A DNA stretch of 64,000 nucleotides from Glaucostegus cemiculus (GCA_976551045.1 CDPCPM010000026.1:21390001-21454000), one strand, 5' to 3'; shown: positions 25,315 to 38,340, counted from the stretch's first letter. Numbers and translations are program-made. Notes: generated by a model not told the origin, from the sequence alone.

Positions 25315-26309
25315 CTATGGGCAGACAAGAAAAGAATCTCAAAATTTTCCACAACACTATTACAAATACCATCAAACAGCTTTTCCTTACAGTGCTTCAT
25401 TTTACAAATTTATATTAATGCATCATTTTTTCTTTCTAAAGCCATCAAATTCATCAATCATTCCAGTTCACAGAGAAGGCAGACAATATGTTTCTCCTCT
25501 TAGAAATCATGCTTGTTTACACACCTCACAGGAGAGTGTTAGAGAATTCCAGCCAATCTCTTTCTAAAGTTACCTTCCCAATGATAAACAACCCAGCCTT
25601 CTCTTATCTCAACTATCTTACCAGACTGACACAATGTTGTTGGTAACTACTGCGTTATTCACAAAGTGTAGTTTATATTTGTTTCTTAATTTTGCAGCAT
25701 TGTGCTTCCCCAGCTACTTAACTTTTGCATTTCGCCCTTCTACTTCACTGGAAAGAAAATGCAATTTCTTCTTTTCTATTTGATAGTTCTGCTTTACTTC
25801 CTCTCTTTCCCAGTTGAATTTCACTCACTCACTGAGACACTGATCCAGTCTAAACTAAAGCTTAGCATTGACTGAGCTACCATGGTGAGCTTTGCCCTCT
25901 GAATACTGGTTGTCATCCAGCAGGTTAAAGCTGCAGAAGAAATGGGCTGTCTCATGTGCCACCAGACCCAGCGGAGAGATGATTCATTGAGCTGTCCTAG
26001 GAGCTGATCATTTGATAAAGTAAGAAGAATAATTGTTGTTTTATTCTACTGCTCTAGATTGTTCAGAACCACCTCAATGTACTTATAGAATCACAAAATT
26101 ACACTCATCCTGTTGTGACTGTGCTGGTACCCACACTTCAACTGGAGACGTGCATCCTCCCTTCGTACAATTATTTAGATCCCCTCCATATTCACCCTAG
26201 AGCAAATTACTATGAAATCTAGCATTTTACTTATTGAGGGAAATTTGGCACGTATTTTACATGCAACTAAATCTCAGAAATAATGAATTAGACAAATGAA
26301 TTAGACAAA

Positions 26310-26410
26310 TGGCTAATTCATTTGGTTTTGGTGGTGTTGGCTGAGAGAAGAATGTTGACAGGATGCTGAGAAACTCATTCTTCTACCTAATGTAGTGTTG
26401 TGGGTCATCA
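26310..26410 (-). mobile_element. Possible DeuSINE-type (Deu-domain) remnant
   Basis: tttggtggtgttggctgagagaagaatgttgacaggatgctgagaaactc..ttct..atgtagtgttgtggg resembles, from memory, the reverse of the Deu central domain. Confidence 0.35.
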
Positions 26411-26779
26411 TGGTTCATCTCCAGAATAAGTAATAAAACAATACACTTAATATCCAACTTTAGGAATTAAATTAATGATGAATTCTTTTAAAGAGATGTT
26501 AAGGACTGAATAAGGCATATACCCTTACAATAGCAGGTGGTGAGGTAAATGCACTAAAAGATGTAGAACTTTCAGTTGCTACAGCTGAGGAAGAAAGCAT
26601 AAAGCTGCTTCAAAAATAAAGATAAAAATAAGGTTAACTGATATATAGAAATGGAAATTATGATAATTACAGTATGCATGGAGAAATAAACTAAGGTGCC
26701 TTAGGATAATTCAAACATTCTGAAATCCAGTGCAATTTGTGACTTCCCCCCGGTTCCGATGGGTATCCTTGATATCTAC

Positions 26780-26904
26780 CTGTTCTGTACTTGTTTCTTC
26801 TGATGGCCGAGGCCTTTTTGAAGAAAGAGGAGATTCCATGCTTTCTGGTAGGGATGGTCGCTTTGTAGATGCTGAGTCCAGTTGTTCTTTGTCTCCTACA
26901 GATA
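26780..26904 (-). CDS. zfhx3: zfhx3 125-nt coding exon (human exon 6 equivalent)
   Basis: ctctctttgattacag|TA TCT GTA GGA...GAA CAG|gtagat encodes (V)SVGDKEQLDSASTKRPSLPESMESPLSSKRPRPSEETSTEQ, phase 1 to 0. The ESPLSSKRP motif is as in ZFHX3. A second in-frame acceptor lies 9 nt inside (exon start 26895). Confidence 0.9.
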
Positions 26905-27184
26905 CTGTAATCAAAGAGAGTTTATATAATTAAATAGGTCCTGCATTTGTGATGTGAGCAGATAAAGACAATGCCTGTAAGCTTTGAAAAATAGAGACAT
27001 ACTCAGACACTACAATTCAAGTATTCTTAAGAAAAAAAAAATGAAACCTCTCTCACTTAATGTGCCAAAATCCCAAGTCATTTTGATTATAAAACTCATT
27101 GCATTCAAACGAATCAATTTTTTTAAAAAAATAGACGCAGTTTAACTCAGTGAAATGATAATATAACAAATGTGTGGTCCCAAA

Positions 27185-27850
27185 GACTTGCACCCCTCAG
27201 AGAAAAATTATTGCCACATTTCTGTCTTAAATGTGTGACCTTTTATTTTTAAATACTGATTCCTATTTCTAGCTTCTTCCACAAGAGGTAACATCTTCTC
27301 CACATCCACCTACCAAGACCCTAAGGACCTTATATATTTCAATTCACATCACCTTTCACTCTTGTAAACTCTAGCAGATATAAGCAAAGCCTGTCTAATG
27401 TTTCCTCATATGACACCTCATCCATTCCAGTTAGTTTAGTAAACCTCTGAACTGACTCCAAAGAATTTACATCCTTCTGACTATATTGTACACAGTATTC
27501 TGGACGTGATTTCACCAATGCTTTATAGAACTGAAACAAAACCTCCCTAATTTTGAGATACAAAAGAGTGCAGATGTTGCAATCTGGAGCAACAAACAAT
27601 TTGCTGGAGGAACTTAGCAGGTCAAGCAGCATCTGTGGAGGGAAAGAAATTTTGATAATGCAGGGTTTCGACCTGAAACATTGACAATTCCTCCCCCTAC
27701 CACCCCTAAGATGCTGCTTGACCTGCTGAGTTCCTCCAGCAGATAGTTGCTCCCTAATTTCAAATTCAGTTCCTCTGCCAATAAACAGTAACATTCTGTT
27801 AGCTCTCCTAATTAATTGCTATATCTGCATACTAATCTTTTACAACTCAT
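27185..27850 (-). mobile_element. Degenerate CR1 3' fragment interrupted by a Penelope mini-element
   Basis: The minus-strand translation includes FYKALVKSRPEYCVQ..KDVNSLESVQRFTKL.GM..SYEETLDRLCLYLLEFTRVKGD (CR1 ORF2 C-terminal part). Confidence 0.8.
27554..27749. mobile_element. Fold-back Penelope-derived mini-element with 11-bp target-site duplication
   Basis: Inverted arms ggagcaac..tgctggaggaacttagcaggtcaagcagcatct and agatgctgcttgacctgctgagttcctccagca..gttgctcc. CTCCCTAATTT is duplicated at 27543-27553 and 27750-27760. The central GGGT-TTCG-ACCT GAAA CATTGAC is the 3' half of a hammerhead. Confidence 0.85.
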
Positions 27851-28949
27851 GTTTTATTTTCCTGTATCCCACCTTCTCATCTGAGATCTATAAGGAGGAC
27901 ACAGAACGTGAACTCTTATCATGCAGACTGAACCCCTTTTCCTTGTGACTTGTACTGTGATGATTTTTCTATTTTAATTGCCTCTCTACTTCCCCTTTAA
28001 AATTGAGATTAATGAGACTCTATTGCTTTGAGTATTGAATTTCTTAACATTTTGGCAGGATTAAATACTCTTGTAGATGATGGCATTATTCTGTAGCTTA
28101 GGAGAAGTGCTGCAATTTGATGTTTTCAGGCAACCTTCTGTAACCTTCATCGCTTCTTTTATTGTGTGAACTGACCTTTCCACTGCCCCCCAAGAAAAAA
28201 AAGAAAGTTAGGTTCCATTGCTCTCCCTCAAGTAAAATGATCTAACCTATGACCTAACACAATTTAATCAGGATTTTTGTATTTTACAAAGATAGACCTT
28301 AATCCCTGTAGTCTATGTTCTGTGGTAATACATGACCCAAAATGCTTTATTTCTACCCTCCACCCACTTCAAATGGTACCAATTATTACTTCTGTCTTTT
28401 TCACAATAATCAGTAGGTCACTTTCATGTCTGAAAGTTATGTTCCAACTCCTGGCATGCCATATGCATCATAAATCTGCAACTTTGTTAATACCAGATCA
28501 TTAGATAAATCCTGTAGCAACTGCCTCCATATCAACGATATAAGGAGTAGACCTCACAGCTCTCATTTGCAAATCTTTTTGTATTATATCTTTCCACTGG
28601 AAGATAGATAACTCAGAGTGCTTGCTACAAAATGATTTTATGTCTTCATTCAGATCTGGATCTGAATCTATCCATCTGTTTAATGTGTATTCATATAACT
28701 TTTTTTCTATACAGAATCTTCCTGCATTGCTCCAGCTACTTCTACTGCTGTGATGGGGAAATTATCTTCTACTGCTTCAGTGAATACAAATTTTGTTTTC
28801 TTATAGTCATTATGATTTTTTTCATAGGGTCGTCTCAACGAGGCATCCATCATGGTTCTTTGCCTGGAAGTTCTGTATTCAATGCCACAGCCATATCAAG
28901 GACAGGAGGATGGCCCACCTCTGTATCTTGTATCATGGGACTAGCAGAC

Positions 28950-29800
28950 TTTAGTCCCAAATAGGTTTACAGTGGTTCCTGGTGAGTTACCAGTGTGAAT
29001 AGTTTCCCCAGCAAAAACTGACAATCTTAACTCCAAATATAATCATTAATGCTTCCTCTTCTATTTCAGCATAATTTATTTTTACATTTGGTTACAACGT
29101 TTGACATGAAAGCAACAGGTGTCTCATGGCCACAATCCATGATATGCTCTAACTTCAAGTAGACTGCTTTTAGCCATCAGTTGGTGTCACGATGCACCAC
29201 AAATGACTTGCCACAGATTCTTTTCCTGCATTGATTATACACTTTTGGCTAATCTTTAGCATACTGCTACAACTCGATTTTCTTTAACAGATTGTTGAGA
29301 GGGATCAACAATGTGGCATGATTTAGTAGAAATCTAGCATGGTAGTTGATCAAACATAGAAGTGACCAGAGCTTAGTAACAATTAGGGTTTTCTGTCTCT
29401 GATAATGGCTTTGGTTTTCACATCGAATGGCTGCAGCCTGTTTTTATCTCCCATAAACCCTAAAAAAATTACTTCCTTTTACACAAAGGCATATTTTCCT
29501 TTATTTTTAAGATTATCATGTTGGTGCAGTCTGCCAAATACCTCCTTAAGTACCTGAAGATTTTCTTTCTTTGCATGCTATAATTAGAAAGGTCATTCTA
29601 ATTCCACAAGCAGTGCTGGATCCCTTAGATCCCTCATGTACATTGTAGCTTTAAATATTTTAGGTGATGATTTACCCCATATGATAGCTTAGTGCACAAT
29701 TACAACCCCTTCTGGGTGCTTGCTGTTAACTTTTTTGTTGAATTTGTTGTTTCTTTCCTATAAACCTTGTCTATTCTTCAAGTCTAATGTTGGCCTCAGC
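28950..29800 (-). mobile_element. Decayed Ty3/Gypsy LTR-retrotransposon pol remnant (RT, connection, RNase H)
   Basis: Minus-strand translation with stops and shifts, in order: LTASTQKGL*LCTKLSYGV.SSPKIFKATM; ENLQVLKEVFGRLHQH..KNKGKYAFV*KEVIFLGF; VTKLWSLLCLINYHARFLLNHATLLIPLNNLLKK; ETPVAF..NYAEIEEEALMIIFGVK..LLGKLFTLVTHQEPL. Confidence 0.8.
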
Positions 29801-30569
29801 TGATAAATAATGATGGTGGGTCACTTGATTATGGCCATTAAAATGGCTTAATATGAGGGAAAAACATCCTGTAGGAAGCATCTCTGCCTATAACATGGGA
29901 TTCAATAGGAAAAGGATTTCAATGCGTTAAAGAAAATCACAATATTGTTCGGTTTTCAAAGAATGCAACCCCTTTGTAATGAAGTGGTCATCTGTACCTG
30001 ACTCTATTTCTACTAACAAGAGTAACTTCTTATATATGCTGATGGCCTCACTTGAAATATTTTCCTCCTCACCCTCAATAATATTTATTAACCCATACCA
30101 AATGATGTTCTTAATGTCGATTCTTCACCAGTGTACAGTGTGTGTTTTATGGGTTCATAAGTCAATTAGAGAATGTCCAGACTTATGACATGGGGAATTC
30201 AAACAAAGGATGTATAGTTTATTCAAGGATTTCTCATATACTGCTTCTGCAACTTTCTATAAAACACTTACAATCCAGAGAGCAACTGGTCACATCATAC
30301 AATCCTTAAAGGAGTGACAACCTTAAATAATATTCATTGTTCATACCACTGCTACATACATTACATGAAGGTTTGTGCAGCATAGTTTTCAGTAACCTTG
30401 GTTTTCGTTTGTACCAGAGGCAAAAATCTACCAATGCAAGTTTCGTTTTCTACCAGTCAAACTCTTCTTATTTTGTTCATTTCCATCTCCAAGGAATATT
30501 TTTTAAGAATAGATATTTGAAAATATTTTGTTCATTTTTAATAAGCAGACTCCATGAAAGAGCAAATGG

Positions 30570-30670
30570 CTTATGGTTCATTGAAACAGACAACATTCCG
30601 AAGGGTCTTGACAGGCTGGATATGGAAAGGATGGGAATCTTGTGGGAATCTGAAACCAGGAGTCACTGTT
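30570..30670 (+). mobile_element. Short CR1 ORF2 C-terminal fragment
   Basis: FIETDNIPKGLDRLDMERM..ESETRSHCL resembles CR1 LIETYKILKGLDRVD.ERM..SRTRGH.L. Confidence 0.55.
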
Positions 30671-30679
30671 TAACTAGGG

Positions 30680-32140
30680 ACCCAACATATCAGCACTAAA
30701 GGCAAGGCTGAAGCATTTGCAACTATGTTCAGCCAGAAGTACTGAACAGGTGATCAATCCTCCTGAGATCCCTAACATCATCGAAGCCAGTCTTCAGTCA
30801 ATTTGATTCACTCCACCTGATATAAAGAAATGGCTGGGAACATTGTATACAGCAAAGACTATGGGAACGAATAATATCCTGGCTGTAGTACTGAAGACCT
30901 GCACTCCAGAATGAGCTGCACTTCCAGCCAAGCACTTTCAGTACAATTACAGAACTGATAACTACACAACAATGTGGAAAATTTCCCAGGTATGTCTTCT
31001 TCACTAAAAGCAGGAAAAATCCAATCTGGTTAAACACCATCCAGTCAGTCTACACTCAATCATCAGTAAAAAAAAATAGAAGGTGTTGCTGATAATGCTG
31101 TCAAGCAGCTTTTACTCACCAACAACCTGCTCACCAATGCTTAGTTTGGGTTATGTGAGAACTCTCAGTTCCAGACCTGATTATAGACTTGATCCAAATG
31201 TAGACCAAAGACCTGAATTACAAAGGTGAGATGAGAGTGACTGCCCATAACAAGCTTGGAGCACTTGGTCAAATGTGGCATCAAGCAATCCTGAAGTCAA
31301 TGGAAATCAAGGGGAAATCACTCCAATACTTGGAGTCATATTTTGCACAAAAGATCAAAGTTTTGGTTGTTGGAGTCCTAAGACATCACTGCAAGAGGGA
31401 TAATTACAGAGGCTGAAACATCTTTGGTTGCTTCATCAATACTTTCCTTCCCTAACAACATCAGAACTAAGGTTGTTTGCTGATGATTACACACTGTTCA
31501 GTTCTATTCACATCTCATCATTGTGTGCAGCAAGGCTATACAATGTGTAGGGGCAGCCTATGCCACAAAAACATCAAACAATAACCACCTCCAACAAGTC
31601 TAAATCACTTCCCTTGACTTTTTAACAGAATTACCATCACTGAAACTCCCACATCAGCATTCTGGACTAGTCACATAAACACTCTACAAGAGCATGTCAA
31701 AGGCTAGGTATCCTATGGTGAGTGGCTTACTGCCTTTCCAAATCACACATCAGGAGTGTGATAGAACATTCTCCACTTGGCTGAGTGAGTGCAGCTCCAA
31801 CAATACTCTGTAAACTCAAAACCATCCTGGAAAAATCAACCTTTGATCGCAATTCCCACAAAGGCAGACAAGGGCTTCAGCTGCAAGGGAACACAACCAG
31901 CTGTAGATTCCTCTCCAGAACATGCACCATCCTTACATGGAAATATATCACTATTTCTTCACTGTCATTGGATCTAAATCCTGGAATTCTCCTCTCAACA
32001 GTGATGTGGGAGTACCTCATCAGAAAGACTGAAGCAGTTCAAGAAAGTGACTCACCACAGCCTTCTCAAAGGCAGTTAGGAATGGGCAAGGATTGCTGGC
32101 CTCGCCTGTGATTCTAGATCTTGAAAAATGAATTTTAAAA
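30680..32140 (+). mobile_element. Second CR1/L2-group LINE family, RT through 3' tail, degenerate
   Basis: Remnants KAEAFATMFSQK, KAMG..NILAVVLKTC.PE, WKISQV, HPVSLHSIISK, LFADDYTLF. 3' tail cagccttctcaaaggcagttaggaatgggcaa..tgctggcct. Confidence 0.8.
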
Positions 32141-32229
32141 AGTCCAAAGTTCAATACTTGATGCAGGCTAAATTAACTGTTCCCAGAAATGACAATGGAA
32201 GCACTTCAATTACAGCATTATAACATAGC

Positions 32230-32345
32230 AGTTATACTACTGGCCAAGTAATCCAGATGCTTGGATTAACGATCTGATGACATGAGCTCAAATCCCATTA
32301 TCGGAAATTCAAATTCAGTTAATTAAATAAATCTGGAGTAAAGTC
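32230..32345 (+). mobile_element. Possible old tRNA-derived SINE head
   Basis: tactggccaagtaatccagatgc..catgagctcaaatccca (B-box-like)..aattcaaattcagttaattaaataaatctgga resembles, from memory, a shark SINE family. Confidence 0.4.
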
Positions 32346-32689
32346 TTGGATGGAGATTTGTCTCTGCTGCTTGCAATAAACACACATAATAGGAGTGGCT
32401 GCATGTTAGACTGTTTCTGCAATTTGGTTCCACTGACTTCATCAAACCAGCACTTGACATCTCTAAAAAATGATGTATTGAACTCATGGAACTACAATGG
32501 ACTACATGCATACTTAGTCACAGAAGTACACAGTTCCATAAAGGACTGGATCAGAGTTCTGCAATATTGAATTGTGAATGCCAAGCAACTGGTGGACGGA
32601 AGTGGCGTTGTTTTGGATCCCACCCTCAATGACAGCTGAACACAGCATATAAAAGCAAATGATAAGGCTGAAGAATGTTCTTCCCTTCT

Positions 32690-33700
32690 TATTCAGTGTA
32701 GATGAATCATCACAGATGCCAGCCTTCATCCAATCTGATTCAGTCCATGTAACATCAAGGAATAACTATGACAAAGGATATAGTAGTGATGCTGAAGACA
32801 AGTGCTCTAGAACTAGCTTTGCCTCTAGCCAAACTGTTTCAATAAAAGCTACAGAGTGACATCTGCCTGACAATGTGGAAAATTGCCCAAGAATGTCCTG
32901 TCCACAAAAAGCAGGACCGATCCAATCTGAGTAATTACCATCCCTCTGGCCGACTCTGTAACTTTCAGAAAATGATGGAAAGAGCCACCTATGGTGTTAT
33001 CAAGCAGTTACGTATCAATAATCTACATTGGGTTAAATCAGTGTAGCTCAGCTGCTGGTTTCATTGCAGTCCTGGTGCAAATGTTGCCTTTTTTTCAAAG
33101 AAATGAGTTAAGAGTAACTACCTTTGACGTCAAGGCACCATTAGATCAAGAACAGCATTTAAGGAGCCTAAATAAATTGAAGTAAATGGAATCAGGCAGA
33201 AAATTCTTCCTTGGATTGACTTACACCAAGCAAGAAAGAATTAGACAAGCCACATAAGTAATTGGCTACAAGAGCTGGTGAGAAGCTAGGTATTCTACAG
33301 TGAATGACTCACCTCCTGACTCCCCAAAGGCTCTCCACTGCATGTAAGGTACAAAGTCAGGAGCATGATGGAATACTCTCCAGCTGCATAAATGAATGCT
33401 TGACACTTGACACCACCCAGAACAAACCAGCCTGTTTGGTTTGCATACGATGACCGTCAGTCTAAGCATTCACTCCATTCACTGGCAGTGTGGTGTACTG
33501 GAGATGCTGTTTGTACCATCTATGTAATGCAAGACAGCAACTTGCTAAAGATTCTTTGCGAGGACTTTATCAGCATCACTTTTCAAACTTGCACTCTCTA
33601 CCGTACACACAGACAAAGAAAGCAGATACACACAGGACTAACACTATTCCTAAACTTCTCAACAATTAGCACAACAATCCAACCTAGAAATATACTGCCT
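32690..33700 (+). mobile_element. Another degenerate copy of the second CR1/L2-group LINE family
   Basis: Collinear with 30780-31950 (cagccttcatccaatctgattca, caatgtggaaaattgcccaag..tgtccacaaaaagcagga..tccaatctg, caagtcaggagcatgatggaatactctcca). Confidence 0.75.
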
Positions 33701-34202
33701 TTTCTCGTATTTTCTTATGATAAGGGAGGTGGCCATTTGGTCCATATCCTGCTCTCTGACCACTCCCATTCCCCCATTTATTTCCTTTTATCTTACTTCT
33801 CCGTGACGTGCCTATCAACTCCATCCTGATTACCCTACCATCTACTTGCACTAGGAGTAACTTGGAGTAGCTAATTAACCTACCAGTAACTTATCGTCAC
33901 CTGGTCAAAATTTTGAAACTCCCAATCCAATAATGGTGAAGAAACGCATTTATTGGGTACAGCAGCACATGGAGGAGGCTAATAACCATAATCTCAGCAG
34001 CAGTTTGTGGTGAACCATGTGCTTGCCAGCAGCACCTAAATACTGTGAGTGAATATAAAACTATTGACATGGTAAGGCTGGATTGCTTTTCAATCAATAA
34101 CATCACCTTATGTCAATGTGAGAGGATGTGATACAAAGTACAATTGACTGATTCTGGTTAATTTAGCAGAATATGGGATTTGATTCCTTTTGATCTGTTC
34201 AC

Positions 34203-35330
34203 TACATAGAACATAGAGCTCTACAGCACAGTACAGGCCCTTTGGCCCACAATGTTGTGCCAACATTTTATCCTGCTCTAAGATCTATCTAACCTTTCCC
34301 TCCCACATAGCTCCCTATATTTCCATCATTCATGTGTCTATCTAAGAGTCTCTTAAATGTCCCAAATGTATCTGCCCCCACAACCTCTGCAGGCAGTGCA
34401 TTCCACACACCCACCACTCTCTGTGTAAAGAAGTTACCCCTGACATCCCCCTTATATCTTCTTCCAATCACTTTAAAATTATGTCCCCTCATGTTAGCCA
34501 TCGTCACACTGGAAAAAGTCTCGGACTGTCTGCTTGATCTATGCCTCTCATCATTTTTACACCTCAATCAAGTCACCTCTCATCCTCCTCTCTAAAGAGA
34601 AAAGCCCTAGCTCACTCAACCTATCCACTCCAATCCAGGCAACATCCTGGTAAATCTCCTCTGCACCCTCTCTAAAGCTTCCACATCCTTCCTATAATGA
34701 GGCGACCAAAGTTCAATAGAGCTGCAACATCACCTCGCAGTTCTTGAACTCAATACCCCGACTAATGAAGGCCAACGCTCTAAACGCCTTCTAAAAAACC
34801 CTATCAACTTGCATGGCAATCTTGAGGGATCTTTGGACATGGACCCCAAGATCCCTCTGTTCCTTCACACTGCTAAGAGCCCTGCCATTAACCTTGTATT
34901 CTGCCTTTGAATTCGATCTCCTGAAGTGTATCACTTCACTTATCTGGGTTGAACTCCACCTGCCATTTCTCAGCCCAACTCTGCATTCTATCAATATCCT
35001 GTTGTAATCTACAGCAACGTTCTACGCTATCCACAACACCACCAACCTTTGTATCATCAGCAAACTTACTAACCCACCCTTCCTCATCCTCATCCAGGTC
35101 ATTTGTAAAAATCACAAAGAGCAGGAGTCCCAGAACAGATCCCTGTGGAACACCACTGGTTACTGACCTCCAGGCAGAATACACACCATCTACCACCATC
35201 CTCTGTCTTCTATGGGTTAGCCAATTCTGAATCCTCACAGCCAAATTTCCCTGGATCCCATGCCTCCTGACTTTCTGAATAAGCCTCTATGAGGAACCTT
35301 ATCAAATGCCTTACTAAAATCCATGTCCAA
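34203..35330 (-). mobile_element. Relatively young CR1 LINE (RT C-terminal half through 3' tail)
   Basis: WRSVTSGVPQGSVLGLLLFVIFTNDLD..VSKFADDTKVGG..LQQDIDRMQSWAEKWQVEFNPDK and RGHNFKV..FFTQRVVGVWNALP. Tail acatagaacatag at 34203. Confidence 0.95.
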
Positions 35331-35999
35331 TGTCCTTCCCTATAGCTACCAGGGGAGGTTCAGAAAACTGCTTTGATACTTGAACACATCATTCCTCCTA
35401 TTTCTATCCCTATCAATTGTTCAAATCCTGCACAGATCTTTGGATTTTTGTTTAGCTTAATCTGTATATTATTTAAATATTTTTCAGTCCATTGATGATT
35501 TTGCTTGGCCTGAACCCTCACTGACTTTTTTCTAAATAAGATTTCAACCATGGCTTTAATTGGAAACACTTAAATAATTGAGAAGGAAAATTGTATTTTT
35601 AGTTAAATATGTAAAATTACAGAATGTATCCCCTGTGACAAAGTCTATAATTCTTTACAATATCAGCTTGTTGCCATATAAACCAAGTAATAGATTTGCC
35701 CCAAAGTTTCACTGAGAAATAATTCCATGGAGATATGGTACTCAAAGAAGGCAATTTAAATTTTAATGTTACAAGAATGTTTTATAAATCCAGTTTGCTA
35801 CTCATAAAATGGGATTATTTACTAAATTCAGAACATCGTAAATAGACTGTCCTAGGGCTCAGGCAACTCTTTTGGAGATTGGACACAATAACACAGTGAG
35901 TGTCTGAAGCATGGAAAAATGAACAAAGCCACTTTTCTCCAAAGTAAAAGTAGTATTCCATCCTCCCTAAAGGGCCTCGACCCACTGCAGAGTCACCCA

Positions 36000-37238
36000 C
36001 CAACGAAACAGGTCCACAATGGATGCTATCTCCTTGGCCCTACACTCATCTCTGAAACATCTGGATAGTAAAGGTACTCACGTCAGACTACTATTTATTG
36101 ACTACAGCTCTGCCTTCAATACCATAATTCCAAGCAAACTCATCTCCAAACTCCTAGACCTGGGATTCAACACCTTCCTTTGCAATTGGATCCTTGACTT
36201 CCTAACCAACAGACCGCAATCAGTAAGAAGAGCTGTCAACACCTCCCCCACAATTATCCTCAACATTGGTGCCACACAAGTCTATGTCCTCAGCCCACTA
36301 CTCTGCTCCCTATACACTCATGACTGTGTGGCCAGATTCTGCTCGAACTCCGTCCACAAGTTTACAGATGATACCACCATAGTAGGCCGTGTTTCAAATT
36401 ACAGTGAGTCAAAGTACAGGAAGGAGATAGAGAGTCTAGTGACATGGTGTCGTGATAACAACCATTCCTTCAATGTCAGCAAAACAAAAGACTGGTCCTT
36501 GACTTCAGAGAGGGGTGGGGGGGTGGTGGTGCATCAACGGTGCTGAGGTCAAGAGGGTTGAAAGCTTCAAGTTCCTAGAAGTGAAGATTGCTAATAGCCT
36601 GTCCTGGTCCAAACCCATGGACGCAATGGCCAAGGAAGTGTCAGGGCCTCTAATTCCTCAGGAGGCTACAGCAATTTTGCAGCATACAAAGCATCCTAAC
36701 CAGATGCATCATGGCTTGGTATGGCAACTGTTCTGCCTGAGACCACAGCGAACCACAGAGAGTTGTGGACACAGCTCAGCACATCACGAAATCCTGCCTC
36801 CCCTCCATGGACTCTATCTATACTTCTCACTGCCTTGGAAAAGCACCCAACATAATCAAGGATCCCACCCACCCTGGACATTCTTTCTTCTCCCTCCTCC
36901 CATCGGGCAGAAGATACAAAAGCCTGAAAGCACAAACCACAAGGTTCAAGGACAGCTTCTATCCCACTGTTATAAGGCTATTGAACAGTCCCCTTATGCG
37001 ATAAGACGGACTCTTGACCTCATGATCCATTGCATTATGGCCTTGCACCTTATTGTCTGCCTCCAGTGCACGTCCTCTGTAACTGTAGCACCTTATTCTG
37101 CATTCTGTTATTGCTTTTCCCTCGTACTACCTCAACATACTTATGTGATGAAATGATCTGCATGGATGGCATGCAAAACAAGGTTTTTTTTTTACTGTAC
37201 CTTAGTACATGTGACAATAATAAACCAATTTACTAATT
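36000..37238 (+). mobile_element. Rex1/Babar-type LINE, 5'-truncated and frameshifted
   Basis: [60 protein letters not shown] and LPSGRRYKSL..RFKDSFYP. Tail gtacatgtgacaataataaaccaattt. Confidence 0.93.
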
Positions 37239-38084
37239 AATTCCACTTGTAGAAACTTGGCATTCTTAATACATCCTTACACATATTTAGTTCACCTGTG
37301 GACTATTCAGGTAATTATCCGAGTAAATACCTCAAAACAAGAAAATCATTTGGCTTATCACATCTAAATAATTTGCAGCCATATAGTCCTTATCATACAG
37401 TTCCTTTACAAATTGGCAAAGTCAGGTTATAATCTACATTACATTTGACACATTTTCATTAATATCCTCTCTTCCTATAGGTCATTTTGAGTTCCTGGTG
37501 GGGTAAAATATATTGGGTATTTCACTCAATTACTATTACTGAGCTATGGGCATTGACAAGAAGAATTATCAAGCAATTTACTTAGGAGAATAAATCCATG
37601 TCAGTCCAACCTTCATACCGAGTACTTTGAAGGGCTTCTGGGTAGTTTCTAGGAGTGAAGGTTCTCAATGACTTACTGTTCTGATGCCAATTTTAATTGC
37701 ACTATAATGGTCCTGGATGAGACCAGAAAGCTCAGAGGAGGGTTGACACTGAAGTGAAACATTTATGGTTTGTTTTGCTCAACTATTCACTGGATAAATT
37801 TTCTAAAACATCTGGGGTCAAATCTACCATTCTCAAGGTTCAGTATGTGTTGGGATGATGTTATAATTAAGGTTTAATTATGAATAAAAAAGAATCATTC
37901 AAATAAGTTTATTGTATGTAAAGAGCTCTTTAAAGGACTATGACATAATATAGTACAAGAAAGATAATAAGTCTATATACCATTTGAAGATAGTATGGTG
38001 ATCAAATGGGATTAGAGTTCCTTTAATATTTTATTGTTCTCATCTTGCTAGGCAGACTCTCAATGTTAAAGGTGCTCCTATACC

Positions 38085-38340
38085 ATTTCTGTGGATTATG
38101 AGGTGGTTGACAAGACCAATGTGAAGACTTTGCCACAAATAGGATAGAAGTTGCTTGACAGTGTGGGTGGTTAGGTGATTTGGGAGATGGGCAGTTTATG
38201 TGGACTTCTGTGTTCTCCTGATAAATGGCCCTGAGGTACTCAGTGCCATCCTGAATGTTGGTTCTCCATTTTGAATGTAGGTGGACTAGGCAGTCTCATA
38301 AATTGGTGGGAATGTTACACTTTTCAAGGAGGCTTTGAGG
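38085..38340 (-). mobile_element. RTE-clade LINE C-terminal remnant
   Basis: The minus strand gives YPICGKV..HIGLVNHL.IH, resembling the terminal CP.CG....RIGL.SH zinc finger of RTE/BovB-like ORFs. Confidence 0.45.

Noticed and set aside
26282-26311. 13-bp tandem duplication aatgaattagaca
   Set aside because: An ordinary slippage duplication with only two copies; not an array.
36515-37156. 213-aa ORF
   Set aside because: A frameshifted reading of the Rex1/Babar element.
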